A stretch of DNA of 61,915 bases, taken from NCBI RefSeq assembly GCF_051117345.1, contig NZ_JBNPEC010000007.1, forward strand, positions 1 to 61,915, written 5' to 3'. The position numbers and the translations under genes were made by a program. Origin of the DNA: Alcanivorax sp. Lineage in GTDB: Bacteria; Pseudomonadota; Gammaproteobacteria; Pseudomonadales; Alcanivoracaceae. This document shows positions 19,501 through 28,968 of the stretch, piece after piece. How positions within the stretch are numbered: the stretch's first letter is position 1; each line of letters starts with the position of its first letter. Under the pieces are notes generated by a model that worked only from the letters and a program-made list of their open reading frames with translations, was not told the DNA's origin and did no database searches.

Positions 19501-20271
19501 TTATTCTCCGCGCAGACTGGCCAGGGCCTTTTTGCGCCGAGCCACTTCTTCGCCGAGACTGTCGCGGGATGCCTCTTGCCCTTCCGCACGCTCAATCAGG
19601 GGTTCCACCTCCTGGCCGGCCTTCTCCATGGGCTCACCCAGTCCACCGACGGCTTCGGCATTTTCTTCCAGCACTGCCAGTTCGGCCCGCGCAGCCATTA
19701 ACTGAACCTGGATCTGGCGCAGGGTGTGATCTGCCTCGGCCATGGCGGACAGGCTGTCATCCAGTTTGCCCTGCAGCTCCTCTTCCAGATCGGCAAACTC
19801 ATCGCTGTCCTCAGCAATGACCTGCCAGCCTTCAAAGCGGCGCTCGAAATCGTCCGCCACCATGCCGCGGGGCAGGGCCTGCTCATCCAGCGTGGTCACC
19901 ATGTTTTCTTCACCATTACCGCTGATGACCTGTACAGAAGCGGTCAGCTCCCGTTCTTCACCTGCCTTCATCGCCGTGCGGGTAACCACGCGCCGGCCGA
20001 TGTCATCCACATAGCGCACCTCACGCAGCGGGCTCTGTAGAGCCAGCACCGCCTCTACCTTGTAGGTGGTAATTTCCTCGGGGCCGGTCTTGTTGTTTCG
20101 CTGGTCTGCGATATCCAGATCACCCACCTGCCAGTAACCCAGGTCCCGGGTTTGCAACGCCTGGTCGATGGCGGCCGCCAGACGCTTTTCTTCACTGTTC
20201 ATACCGCAGCTGACCAACCATGCTGCCGCCAAAAACAGACCGATAACCGCTACGCCTCGTTTCAATGACAT
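19501..20271 (-). CDS. hypothetical lipoprotein with acidic C-terminal coiled coil
   Basis: Signal with lipobox LVSC; Glu/Ala/Leu heptad-rich C-terminal ~100 aa; RBS AGGAGGAAGG. Confidence 0.75.
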   Translation of the reverse strand: MSLKRGVAVIGLFLAAAWLVSCGMNSEEKRLAAAIDQALQTRDLGYWQVGDLDIADQRNNKTGPEEITTYKVEAVLALQSPLREVRYVDDIGRRVVTRTAMKAGEERELTASVQVISGNGEENMVTTLDEQALPRGMVADDFERRFEGWQVIAEDSDEFADLEEELQGKLDDSLSAMAEADHTLRQIQVQLMAARAELAVLEENAEAVGGLGEPMEKAGQEVEPLIERAEGQEASRDSLGEEVARRKKALASLRGE

Positions 20272-20401
20272 CGCCCTTCCTCCTTGCGCGTTTCAATATG
20301 GGAATCCCAATCTGCCCTATAGTATGCACGGTAAGAGCCCGGCGTCGACGTCCGCCATTTACAGCCCGTATCATGATTGCCCCCATTTGCAGGAGAAGCC
20401 C

Positions 20402-20704
20402 ATGACCACGCTGGATACAGCGACACGCACCGAACTGGAAGCTGCCGCCTTTCGCCGCTTGCTGCAGCATCTGGACGAACACAAGGAAGTGCAAAATATT
20501 GATCTGATGATACTGGCGGACTTCTGCCGTAACTGCCTGTCAAAATGGCTGGTTGCCGCTGCGGATGAGCGCCAGGTGGCACTGGATTATGACGCCGCCA
20601 GGGAATGGGTATATGGCATGCCTTTCGCCGACTGGAAAGCGCAATACCAGACACCGGCGACCCCGGAACAACTGGCAGCATTCGAAGCCAGGCAGAAGAA
20701 ATAG
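20402..20704 (+). CDS. DUF1244 domain protein
   Basis: ELEAAAFRRLL.HL, VQNIDLM.LA.FCRNCLSKW, YGMP...WK..YQ; RBS AGGAG. Confidence 0.9.
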   Translation: MTTLDTATRTELEAAAFRRLLQHLDEHKEVQNIDLMILADFCRNCLSKWLVAAADERQVALDYDAAREWVYGMPFADWKAQYQTPATPEQLAAFEARQKK

Positions 20705-20846
20705 CTCGTTCTGGCGTTTTCCAGGCTTCACCGTGGGAACAAGATTTTCACGCGGTTCAGGATTTATCCTGGCAGCCTTGCTCACAGCACGAAGGTTCAG
20801 CGTCTGACGCCTGATACCGACTTCCCGCCAGTTTACGATGCACCAT

Positions 20847-20871
20847 AAAAAAGGCGGCCCACAGGCCGCCT
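20847..20871 (-). terminator. intrinsic terminator of the phosphatase gene
   Basis: Minus strand AGGCGGCC-tgtg-GGCCGCC-TTTTTT. Confidence 0.75.
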
Positions 20872-20889
20872 CGATATGGCTAACGAGAA

Positions 20890-22818
20890 TTACTCCTCGT
20901 CGAATAGCATTTCCACCTGGTAGACAGCGGTGGTACCACTGACTTCGTTACCCACCACCAGCAACGGCATACCATTGGGTGAATCGGAAGCGGAGATGAA
21001 CACCAGTCCTTCCGGTCCCAGATCTCCCACTACGGCGCCCACATCGCTTTCTGCCAGCAGGCCATCATCGATCAGGTCTTCGATGTCCTCGCCATCTCCT
21101 CCGCCACCCCAGAAGTTACGGCTGTTCAGGTAATCCAGCCGCTGGGGCTGCTGAGGATCGGTAATGTCATAGACCAGGATGCCGCCCATGCGCTCCAGCG
21201 CCAGGAACAGGAAGGTCTTGTCGCCGATGGCGCCGATGGCCAGGCCTTCCGGCTCCGGTCCCTTGGCATCACTGCGGCTGTCCATGGCATTGATTTCATC
21301 ATGGCCGCTATTAAAGTAATCCTGACAGGCAATACTACGGTTGGTGCCCAGCCGGCATTCGTCGCTGGCCAGGAACTGTTCGATTTGATCACCGCTGTCG
21401 AATACCAGGTTGCCATCTTCATCGCGGATGGAGAAGGAGCGGCCACCATAGCTGTACAGAGTGTCATACATGATTCGGGTACCGGCCGGGTCTACCGCAC
21501 CTGCATCGCTGTACATGACCGGATCACCCGCTGCATCGGTCTTGTAGCCCATCGTCCAGGTAATGTTGAGGCGGCCCAGCACATCGTCTTCGCGGCAATC
21601 ACCGGGATCCCCGGCAGTGGCACCGCAGTAGGCGAACACCGTCGGGTCCAACAGCGCACCAGCGCTCAGCTCGCGAAGCTGGGGAGGCAGATCATCGCCG
21701 CAACGGCGATCAAAGCCACTGGCATGGACAAGATGCTTGACGCGGAATTCTTCCACGAATCCCTGACTGGCATCCCCGGTACAACCCTCGCCCTCTTCAC
21801 CCCAGTAAGCATCGTTATCCTCACCCCAGGCGCGGGCGTCGCCTTCGTTGGCAGTGACCAGGTAGGTACTGCCGCCAGCACTGTAGGCATGAATGGCGTC
21901 AGGCAGGTACAGACCCACGACACCGTCCCAGGTCTGGATGTTGATCTCTTCATCGTCATCGCTGGCATCAATGCCGAAGTCTTCCACGCTGCGATCGATT
22001 TCTCCAAGCGGCAGGATATCGGTAACGGTAGCCGTCTCGATATTGACCTTGGCCAGGGCATTATTTTCTTGCAGGGTCACCCAGGCGGTTTTGCCGTCCG
22101 CAGACATGGCGATGTATTCCGGCTCCAGATCCATGGACACATCAGCGCCGGGGCCATAGATGCGCACGCCCATGCCGCGTAATACATCGGCATCAAAAGC
22201 GCTGAAATCCGCGTTATTTACCTGGGGAGCCTGTGGATTGCTGATATCGATAATGCTGATGGAGCCCGGCGGATCAATCTGATAATCATCGCTAGGCTCA
22301 CCCTCATTGGCGGTGAGTACCTTGCTGCCATCCGGGGTAAAGATGATCATATCCGGCTGGGCGCCAACTTCTACACTGCCCAGCAGGCCCAGGTCATCCG
22401 CCCGGTACAGGGCGGCGAAGCCGTTGGCCGTTTTCGGGTCAGCTTCTACGGCAATGGCGACCAGCCCTTTCTTTACCGCCACGCTGTTCACTTTTGCACC
22501 CGGCGCAATCTCACCAACACTCAACGAACCGATTTTCTCTGGGTGTTGCGGGTCGCTGAGGTCCAGCACGTCCAGTACGCCCTGTTCTGCATTGACCACA
22601 AACAGGCGCTGGCTGGCGCTATCAAAAGCAGGAATTTCCGCCGCAGAGGCATCGAAGCTGCCTGATTCGTAGCGGCTCAGAAAAGACAAGCGCAGGCTAT
22701 CCGGTGTTTTCACTTGCTCGCCACCGGCAGTAGCATTGTTATCGTTGCTGTCACCGCCACAGGCGGTCAAGGCGGTCGCCAGCACTACGCCGGCCCCCAG
22801 GCTATACCAGGATGTCAT
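20890..22818 (-). CDS. choice-of-anchor I family alkaline phosphatase-like lipoprotein
   Basis: Lipobox LTAC, AAEI.AFD, VGAQPDM..FTPDG, ANEGEP, LEPEYI, TANEGDAR, DSRSDAKGPEPEG, GDLGPEGL, GNEVSGTT. Confidence 0.85.
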   Translation of the reverse strand: MTSWYSLGAGVVLATALTACGGDSNDNNATAGGEQVKTPDSLRLSFLSRYESGSFDASAAEIPAFDSASQRLFVVNAEQGVLDVLDLSDPQHPEKIGSLSVGEIAPGAKVNSVAVKKGLVAIAVEADPKTANGFAALYRADDLGLLGSVEVGAQPDMIIFTPDGSKVLTANEGEPSDDYQIDPPGSISIIDISNPQAPQVNNADFSAFDADVLRGMGVRIYGPGADVSMDLEPEYIAMSADGKTAWVTLQENNALAKVNIETATVTDILPLGEIDRSVEDFGIDASDDDEEINIQTWDGVVGLYLPDAIHAYSAGGSTYLVTANEGDARAWGEDNDAYWGEEGEGCTGDASQGFVEEFRVKHLVHASGFDRRCGDDLPPQLRELSAGALLDPTVFAYCGATAGDPGDCREDDVLGRLNITWTMGYKTDAAGDPVMYSDAGAVDPAGTRIMYDTLYSYGGRSFSIRDEDGNLVFDSGDQIEQFLASDECRLGTNRSIACQDYFNSGHDEINAMDSRSDAKGPEPEGLAIGAIGDKTFLFLALERMGGILVYDITDPQQPQRLDYLNSRNFWGGGGDGEDIEDLIDDGLLAESDVGAVVGDLGPEGLVFISASDSPNGMPLLVVGNEVSGTTAVYQVEMLFDEE

Positions 22819-22860
22819 TGTGAACTCCCCAACGGTTCGTATTCTTGAATGATCCTTGGG

Positions 22861-22916
22861 GTTATAGCCGGACGGGGTGAAGCGACTGAGTCAAAAGCGT
22901 GATGCTTTTATGGCAG
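22861..22916 (-). promoter_or_regulatory. putative Pho-box promoter
   Basis: Minus strand 11-bp periodic units CTGCCAT, GCATCAC, TTGACTC, GCTTCAC, then 10 bp, then TATAAC. Confidence 0.5.
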
Positions 22917-22952
22917 AAGCAGGAAGGTGCCCCAGAACATGCCCCTCGCCGC

Positions 22953-22980
22953 AAAAAAAAACGCGGCCAGGAGCCGCGTT
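22953..22980 (-). terminator. intrinsic terminator after BVMO 1
   Basis: Minus strand AACGCGGC-tcctg-GCCGCG followed by T9. Confidence 0.8.
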
Positions 22981-23006
22981 CACCGGAAGAAACCAGACCG
23001 AGGAGG

Positions 23007-24560
23007 TCAGACGGTTTCGTAATCGCGCTCTTCAAATTCTGCCATCTGGGCCGCGTACTGGGTAGCGAAACCCGGGTACATGGTGGCGTTGAAGCCATCC
23101 TCAGTCAGATACCAGCTTTTGCAGCCGGAATTCCAGTTGGTCCGGGCCAGGCGCTTTTGTATGGCCTTGTTGTGGCGGCGCTGTACGTCCTCTTTCACGT
23201 CCAGCATTTTCAGATCATCCTTGAGAATTTTTTCGACCCCTTTCACCGCGTAGTCGAGCTGGGATTCCATGTACACCAGCGCCGAGTTATGGCCGGGCCC
23301 CGAGTTGGGCCCGAAGGTCATGAACAGGTTCGGGTACCCGGACACATTGATGCTCTTGTAGGCCTGAGCTCCGCCCTGCCATTCTTGCCCCAGCACTCGA
23401 CCGCCACGGCCTTTCACCGGGAATGGAGTGCCGGAGTGACTGACGTCAAAACCGGTGGCAAAGACAATGCAGTCCACCTGGTGCTCGATGCCCTCCACGG
23501 TGCGGACACCCTGTTCGCTGATGCGGGCAATAGGCCAGGTAATCAGCTTGGCATTGTCTTTTTGCAGGGCCGGGTAGTAGTCGTTGGACACCAGCACCCG
23601 CTTGCAGCCAATGGTGAAATCCGGAGTCAGCTGGCGACGCAGCCAACGGTCTTTCACCTGGCGACGCAGGTGCAGGCGCGCCACCCGTTCGGCAATGCGC
23701 GTCAGCGGGGACTTCCAGATAACCGCCAACGCCATGCTCTCATGGGTCCAGTAGAGCAGATTACGCATGGCCTGCTGGCTGGCTGGCAGTTTTTCAAACA
23801 GCTTCTTGTTCCATGCCGGGGTGGCAAAATCCGGGCGCGGCAGCACCCAGCCCGGCGTACGCTGAAACACTTTCACGTGGCCCGCCTGTTTGACCAGTTC
23901 GGGAATAATCTGGATGCCGCTGGCACCGGTACCGATCACGGCCACTTTCTTGCCGGTAAAATCGTACTCGTGATCCCAGCGGGCACTGTGAATCTTGTGG
24001 CCTCTGAAATCCTCGATACCGGTAATGGCCGGGAAGCTGCAATTGGACAACGGTCCCTGAGCCATCACCGCGGCTCGACCGGCAAACTGTTCCCCCTTGT
24101 CGGTCGTCGCTGTCCAGATCCCTTTCTTTTCATCAAAGGACAGGTCTTCCACGTTCTTCTCGAAACGAATGTACGACTCCAGCTCAAACTCGGCCACCAG
24201 ATGGTGGATATAGCCGAGAATTTCCTCGCTGCCCGAGAAGCTCCGTGACCAGTTCGGGTTGGGCGCAAACGAATACGAATACAGATTGGAGGGAATATCG
24301 CAGGCGGCCCCAGGATATTGATTGTCTCGCCAGGTGCCGCCCACTGCATTGGCACGCTCCAGAATCACGATATCCTTAATGCCTGCCTGCTTCAGACGAA
24401 TGGCCATCCCCAGGCCGGCAAATCCCGCCCCCACGATCAACACCGCTGCCGGTTTTACGGCGGGTGTTTTCTTTACCGCCGCGCGCTTTCCCGTGGGGGG
24501 TCGCTTGCGGGTCGCCGCCTTGCGTGGGGCCTTTTTCGGGGAGGCAGAGGATGTAGTCAT
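23007..24560 (-). CDS. flavin-containing / Baeyer-Villiger monooxygenase 1
   Basis: GAGFAG, GGTWRDNQYPGAACD, BVMO fingerprint FRGHKIHSARW, GTGASG, FATGF. Confidence 0.92.
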   Translation of the reverse strand: MTTSSASPKKAPRKAATRKRPPTGKRAAVKKTPAVKPAAVLIVGAGFAGLGMAIRLKQAGIKDIVILERANAVGGTWRDNQYPGAACDIPSNLYSYSFAPNPNWSRSFSGSEEILGYIHHLVAEFELESYIRFEKNVEDLSFDEKKGIWTATTDKGEQFAGRAAVMAQGPLSNCSFPAITGIEDFRGHKIHSARWDHEYDFTGKKVAVIGTGASGIQIIPELVKQAGHVKVFQRTPGWVLPRPDFATPAWNKKLFEKLPASQQAMRNLLYWTHESMALAVIWKSPLTRIAERVARLHLRRQVKDRWLRRQLTPDFTIGCKRVLVSNDYYPALQKDNAKLITWPIARISEQGVRTVEGIEHQVDCIVFATGFDVSHSGTPFPVKGRGGRVLGQEWQGGAQAYKSINVSGYPNLFMTFGPNSGPGHNSALVYMESQLDYAVKGVEKILKDDLKMLDVKEDVQRRHNKAIQKRLARTNWNSGCKSWYLTEDGFNATMYPGFATQYAAQMAEFEERDYETV

Positions 24561-24632
24561 AACAGAATCTCTTCAGCAATCAGGTGGCCACACCATGGAC
24601 ACAATGCACATGGCGCGCCGTCATGAGTTATC

Positions 24633-25559
24633 TCAGGCAGTGGGCTGGTAAGTCAGCTCTTTGACCCAGGAAGGCACTGCAGGCAGCGCCCGGCGCGGAA
24701 TCAGGCCGGTCAGTTTCACCATGCCATCCACGGGCACGTGATAGGCACGATTACGCCGGTTCACCACAAGCTTGGCGTGCTGGCGAATCACCTGGAACCA
24801 GGGGTTACGACGGCCATCTTCGGTACGACCACCAATTTTCTCGAACTTGGCCATGGCCGCATACAGCCGCTCTTCCGGCAGCCCCATGGTAATAATGTTG
24901 TCGCGCATTTTATTGAGCAGCGGCACATAGGAGGCGATGCCCAGCATCAGGCGCGGATCCAGCAACGGTGCCAGCATTTTGGTGGCACCAATAAAGGTTT
25001 TCCCGCGGCCTTGCATTTCCATCACGCTGAAGCCCACGCCCAGATGACGGGACTCATCGTCGTTGATCTTTTCGAACGCCTGGTGGCAAACCGGGTCTTT
25101 GACGGTCTCCAGCAGGAAGGTACACAGGGCTCCGTCCAGAGCAATTTCCAGCATCGGCACAACCGTGCCCAGCACATACACCGGCATTTCATCGCTGTAA
25201 CGATCCAGCCATTCAATCACCAGCCGCAAATTGATGTTTGGCTCGGGAATCTCATCCCCTTCAAGCATGCCCCAGCGCTTCATCAGTGCCATTTCGGCAT
25301 TGGCATGGCGCTGCTCTTCGGCATGAAAGTAGGTATAGATCTGGCGCAGGGTATCGGTGGGGGCTTTCTTGGCCATGGCGGCAAATGCCCGGGCGCCCAC
25401 GTGCTCAATCCACATCAGGTCGGCCATGAAATCTTTCAGCTTGGGCCACTGCTCTTCGGTAATCAGTTCGGCACCCGGGGCGTCCCAGTCGATATCCGAC
25501 AGGGCCCACTGGGTGCTTTTGATTTTGGTCAGCATTTTGTCCAGATCGATGGAAGCCAT
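24633..25559 (-). CDS. ferritin-like diiron-carboxylate protein of unknown function
   Basis: Paired E...ExxH motifs (WIEH / EEQRH and LEIALD / DESRH); IDWDAPG N-terminal motif. Confidence 0.75.
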   Translation of the reverse strand: MASIDLDKMLTKIKSTQWALSDIDWDAPGAELITEEQWPKLKDFMADLMWIEHVGARAFAAMAKKAPTDTLRQIYTYFHAEEQRHANAEMALMKRWGMLEGDEIPEPNINLRLVIEWLDRYSDEMPVYVLGTVVPMLEIALDGALCTFLLETVKDPVCHQAFEKINDDESRHLGVGFSVMEMQGRGKTFIGATKMLAPLLDPRLMLGIASYVPLLNKMRDNIITMGLPEERLYAAMAKFEKIGGRTEDGRRNPWFQVIRQHAKLVVNRRNRAYHVPVDGMVKLTGLIPRRALPAVPSWVKELTYQPTA

Positions 25560-25642
25560 GATGCACTCCTTACGGATTATTCTGCGAGTTGAGACGAGGG
25601 GCCCGATATGCCCGGCGCACCGTCACTGGTGACAAAATTATT

Positions 25643-25699
25643 TACTGTCACATTGGTTGATGTAACAATAAAGCGAATGCTCGTTCGGATTCAACTCGG
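25643..25699 (-). promoter_or_regulatory. promoter/operator block 1 (putative TetR site)
   Basis: Minus strand TTGAAT-18 bp-TATTGT with dyad CGAA-N6-TTCG in the spacer; near-identical to 29967-30023. Confidence 0.75.
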
Positions 25700-25707
25700 A
25701 TAACCCC

Positions 25708-26319
25708 ATGGCTCGCAAACCCAAACAACAACGCTCCAAAGCCACCGTGGACGCCATTGTCCAGGCTGCCCTGATCTCCATCGCCAACCATGGCCCAAGC
25801 GCTATCACTGCGAGACAAATCGCAGAAAAAGCGGGCATTGGCGTGGGTTCACTGTATGAGTATTTTGAAGACAAGGACGCCATCATCGATGCGGCCAGCA
25901 AGCGTTTTGTCAGTGACACCGTGGACCTGATCAAACCGCTGATTCCGGAACTGGTGCGTCTGGATATCCGCGAGGCTATCGAGAAATTATTGTTCAGCTT
26001 TCGCGACTTTCTGGAAGAGGACAATCAGCTCTACCTACGCTGCGCCCGCCACGCCTTCAGCATGGACATGGTGATCTACCAGTCACCGATTAACAGCGCC
26101 CTTATGGAACTGTTCACCCAGTACCTGATGCACCACCCGGAGTTACTGAAGCTACCCAATATCCCCACCGTGGCTTATTTCTATATCAACGGCGGCATTT
26201 TCACCGTGGTCAGACATCTGTCCGAGGACAACCCGATACAAAGCTTCGAGGAGCTGGCGACGGTGTTCGGGGATATTCTCGCCAGCTACGTGGAGAAGAA
26301 GGCGGAATTGGCAGGCTGA
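25708..26319 (+). CDS. TetR/AcrR family regulator
   Basis: RKPKQQRSKATVDAI, IAEKAGIGVGSLYEYFEDKDAI HTH. Confidence 0.93.
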   Translation: MARKPKQQRSKATVDAIVQAALISIANHGPSAITARQIAEKAGIGVGSLYEYFEDKDAIIDAASKRFVSDTVDLIKPLIPELVRLDIREAIEKLLFSFRDFLEEDNQLYLRCARHAFSMDMVIYQSPINSALMELFTQYLMHHPELLKLPNIPTVAYFYINGGIFTVVRHLSEDNPIQSFEELATVFGDILASYVEKKAELAG

Positions 26320-26328
26320 CAAGCCCTG

Positions 26329-26470
26329 CTGTAGGAGCCCCTCTCGAGGGGCGAAGCGGGTCAGGTAGCTGTCCCATTTTGGGAAGACCTGTCGAGCTCT
26401 GAGATTCCTGATCGCCCTGCGGTCGATTTCCGCGCAAGCGCGGTTCGCCCCTCGAGAGGGGCTCCTACAG
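26329..26470. repeat. REP doublet (REPIN), GTAG class 2
   Basis: CTGTAGGAGCCCCTCTCGAGGGGCGAA and its perfect inverse TTCGCCCCTCGAGAGGGGCTCCTACAG. Confidence 0.88.
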
Positions 26471-26528
26471 CGGCTTCGTAGAGATGCCAAGCCTCGGGAA
26501 CTTTCCACCCTTTCACTATCCAACGAGC

Positions 26529-26556
26529 GTAGCTCGTAGCTCGTAGCTCGTAGCTC
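26529..26556. repeat. heptamer tandem repeat (GTAGCTC)x4
   Basis: Perfect 4-unit array starting 7 nt beyond the BVMO 2 stop codon. Confidence 0.9.
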
Positions 26557-26563
26557 GCAACCG

Positions 26564-28075
26564 TCAGGCGGCCTTCTTTTTCTCCGCGCTCTGGTAGACC
26601 ACGTCGTAGTCTCCTACCTTGAAATCGCTCAGGCGCCTCTTCAGCTCCTTCAACGACCAGGGCCAGGCGGCGAAGTTTCGGCCGTTCTGATCCAGGTAGT
26701 AGCTCTTGCAGCCACCGCTGTTGAACACCGTGGTTTTCAGGTGCTTCTGGACTTTGTCATTGTGGGCCTTCAACACCGGGGGCTTGATGGCAAAGCGGGT
26801 AATCCCCTTCTGCTTCACCTTCTTCAGACCATCAATGATGTAGTCCAGTTGGGCTTCGGCCAGGCCGATAAAGGAATCATACACCAGCACGTTAGGGCCC
26901 AATACCAGGAAGGCGTTCGGCACGTCTTTCATGGTGGCGCCCAGATAGGCTTCCGGCGAGGTATCTTTCCACAGGTCGGAAAGGCGATCCCCGTTGGCGT
27001 CGATAACCTTGCGGCCAATGGGTGGGTGGGATACCTCGAAGCCGGTCCCCCAAATGATCACGTCCACCTCGTGGCGCTCACCGTTGGCGGCGATCACGGT
27101 ATTGCCTTCCACTTCCACCAGGCCATGGGGAATCAGGTTGGCGTTATCTGCCTGCAGAGCCGGGTAATAATTGTTGGCAAACAGGATGCGCTTGCAGCCC
27201 AGGGTAAAGTCCGGGGTCACCGCCTTGCGCAGGGTCTTGTCTTTCACCTGCACGCGCAGCAACTGCTTGGCCGCCGTGCTCACCGGCTTCAGGGCTGCCG
27301 GGTTACGCAGCCCGAAGTTGATCACATTCAGGGAAGTGGCCACCGCCTTGCGCCAGCTTTTCTGGATGATCGGCAGCTTGTTGATCAGCTGCTTGCTGGT
27401 GTCACCCAGATCCATGTCCGGCTTGGGCAGCACCCAGGGGGCGGTACGCTGGAATACGTGCAGCTCTTTGACCTTGGGCTGGATCTGCGGCACAAACTGG
27501 ATCGCCGAGGCGCCGGTACCGATCACCGCCACCCGCTTGCCGGTCAGATCATAGTCATGGTTCCACTTGGCGGAGTGGAACATCTCACCCTTGAAGCTAT
27601 CCAGACCCGGCAACGACGGAATCTGGGCTTCGGTGATCGGCCCGGTGGCAAAGACAACCGTGCGCGCCAGGGTCTGGCCTTTATTGGTATCCAGCACCCA
27701 CAGGTGGCGACTTTCGTCCCACTCGGCATGCTCCAGTTCGGTACCGAAGTCGATCAGCTCATTGATGCCGAAATCTTCACTAACCTCTTCCAGGTAGCTG
27801 AGAATTTCCGGCTGACGAGCGAACAGATGGCTCCACTTGCTGCTCAGGGCAAAGGAAAACGAGTACAGGGAAGAAGGCACATCACAGCCGCACCCCGGGT
27901 AGGTATTTTCCCGCCAGGTACCGCCGACGCGGGTGGCTTTCTCGATGATCTTAAAATCGTGATAGCCCTCTTTTTTCATCTTGATCGCAGCGCATAGACC
28001 GGAAATGCCGGCGCCGACGATAAAGGTGTCGTAAATCCTGGCCTCAGGGGTTTTGCGTTTCTTTGCTGCTGCCAT
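26564..28075 (-). CDS. flavin-containing / Baeyer-Villiger monooxygenase 2
   Basis: GAGISG, GGTWRENTYPGCGCD, FKGEMFHSAKW, GTGASA. Confidence 0.92.
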   Translation of the reverse strand: MAAAKKRKTPEARIYDTFIVGAGISGLCAAIKMKKEGYHDFKIIEKATRVGGTWRENTYPGCGCDVPSSLYSFSFALSSKWSHLFARQPEILSYLEEVSEDFGINELIDFGTELEHAEWDESRHLWVLDTNKGQTLARTVVFATGPITEAQIPSLPGLDSFKGEMFHSAKWNHDYDLTGKRVAVIGTGASAIQFVPQIQPKVKELHVFQRTAPWVLPKPDMDLGDTSKQLINKLPIIQKSWRKAVATSLNVINFGLRNPAALKPVSTAAKQLLRVQVKDKTLRKAVTPDFTLGCKRILFANNYYPALQADNANLIPHGLVEVEGNTVIAANGERHEVDVIIWGTGFEVSHPPIGRKVIDANGDRLSDLWKDTSPEAYLGATMKDVPNAFLVLGPNVLVYDSFIGLAEAQLDYIIDGLKKVKQKGITRFAIKPPVLKAHNDKVQKHLKTTVFNSGGCKSYYLDQNGRNFAAWPWSLKELKRRLSDFKVGDYDVVYQSAEKKKAA

Positions 28076-28090
28076 GATGAAATTCCTCGA

Positions 28091-28930
28091 TCAATTCTTA
28101 ACAAACCGGTAAGAGAACCCAAGCAGGTTCGCGTACAAATTGGGAGTGGCCCGCTTCATCATCCAGAACAACTTGGCGTCCACCTGGGGCGTGGTGTACA
28201 GCTCACCCTTGTCGAGACGATTCAGGGTCAGCTTGGCCACGGAATCACTGGTGGTCATGGCGTAGTTCATCAGCGCATGATCGGCCAGCTTGGAATAACG
28301 CGCCGGAATACGGCCATCCTTGATGATGTTGGTGGGCACCAGCGTCGGACACAGCACGTTGACGTTGATATTGTCGCGCTTGAGTTCCGCGTACAGAGTT
28401 TCGGACAACGCCCGCACCCCGGCCTTGGTCACGTTATAGGCACTCATTTCCGGCGCGGCGGTATAGGACGCGGCAGAGGCCACGTTAATAATGGCGCCAC
28501 GGCCCTGCTTCTTGAACCCGGGTACAAAGTAGTGGCAACCATGCACCACGCCCCACAGATTCACGTCCATGGCCCATTTCCAGTCTTCCAGGCTCAGTTC
28601 TTCGAACTTGCCACCAATACCCACACCGGCATTGTTGATGACCATGGTGACCGGATGGCCCAGCAGTTTTTCAGACTGCTCGGACAGCTTCTTCACCTGG
28701 GCCGCCTTGCCCACATCACAGGCCACCGCAAACGCCTTACCGCCGGCCTTCTCGATCAGCGCCACGGTTTCCTCGGCACTTTCCAACTTCAGATCCGCGC
28801 AGACAACCGCACTGTTTCGTCTGGCCAGCTCCAGGGCAAAACTGCGACCAATACCACTGCCGGCACCGGTGACAACAGCGTAGCCGTTATAGCTCGGCTT
28901 GCTGGAACGAAACTTGAGAATATTCAGCAT
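28091..28930 (-). CDS. short-chain dehydrogenase/reductase
   Basis: TGAGSGIG, NNAG, YNVTK catalytic motif. Confidence 0.93.
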   Translation of the reverse strand: MLNILKFRSSKPSYNGYAVVTGAGSGIGRSFALELARRNSAVVCADLKLESAEETVALIEKAGGKAFAVACDVGKAAQVKKLSEQSEKLLGHPVTMVINNAGVGIGGKFEELSLEDWKWAMDVNLWGVVHGCHYFVPGFKKQGRGAIINVASAASYTAAPEMSAYNVTKAGVRALSETLYAELKRDNINVNVLCPTLVPTNIIKDGRIPARYSKLADHALMNYAMTTSDSVAKLTLNRLDKGELYTTPQVDAKLFWMMKRATPNLYANLLGFSYRFVKN

Positions 28931-28968
28931 TACTTTCTACCTTTTCAGGTTGAGTATTCAGTGTTCGT

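Noticed and set aside
22899-27997. 449-, 284- and 418-aa + strand ORFs
   Set aside because: Shadows of BVMO 1, the ferritin-like gene and BVMO 2.
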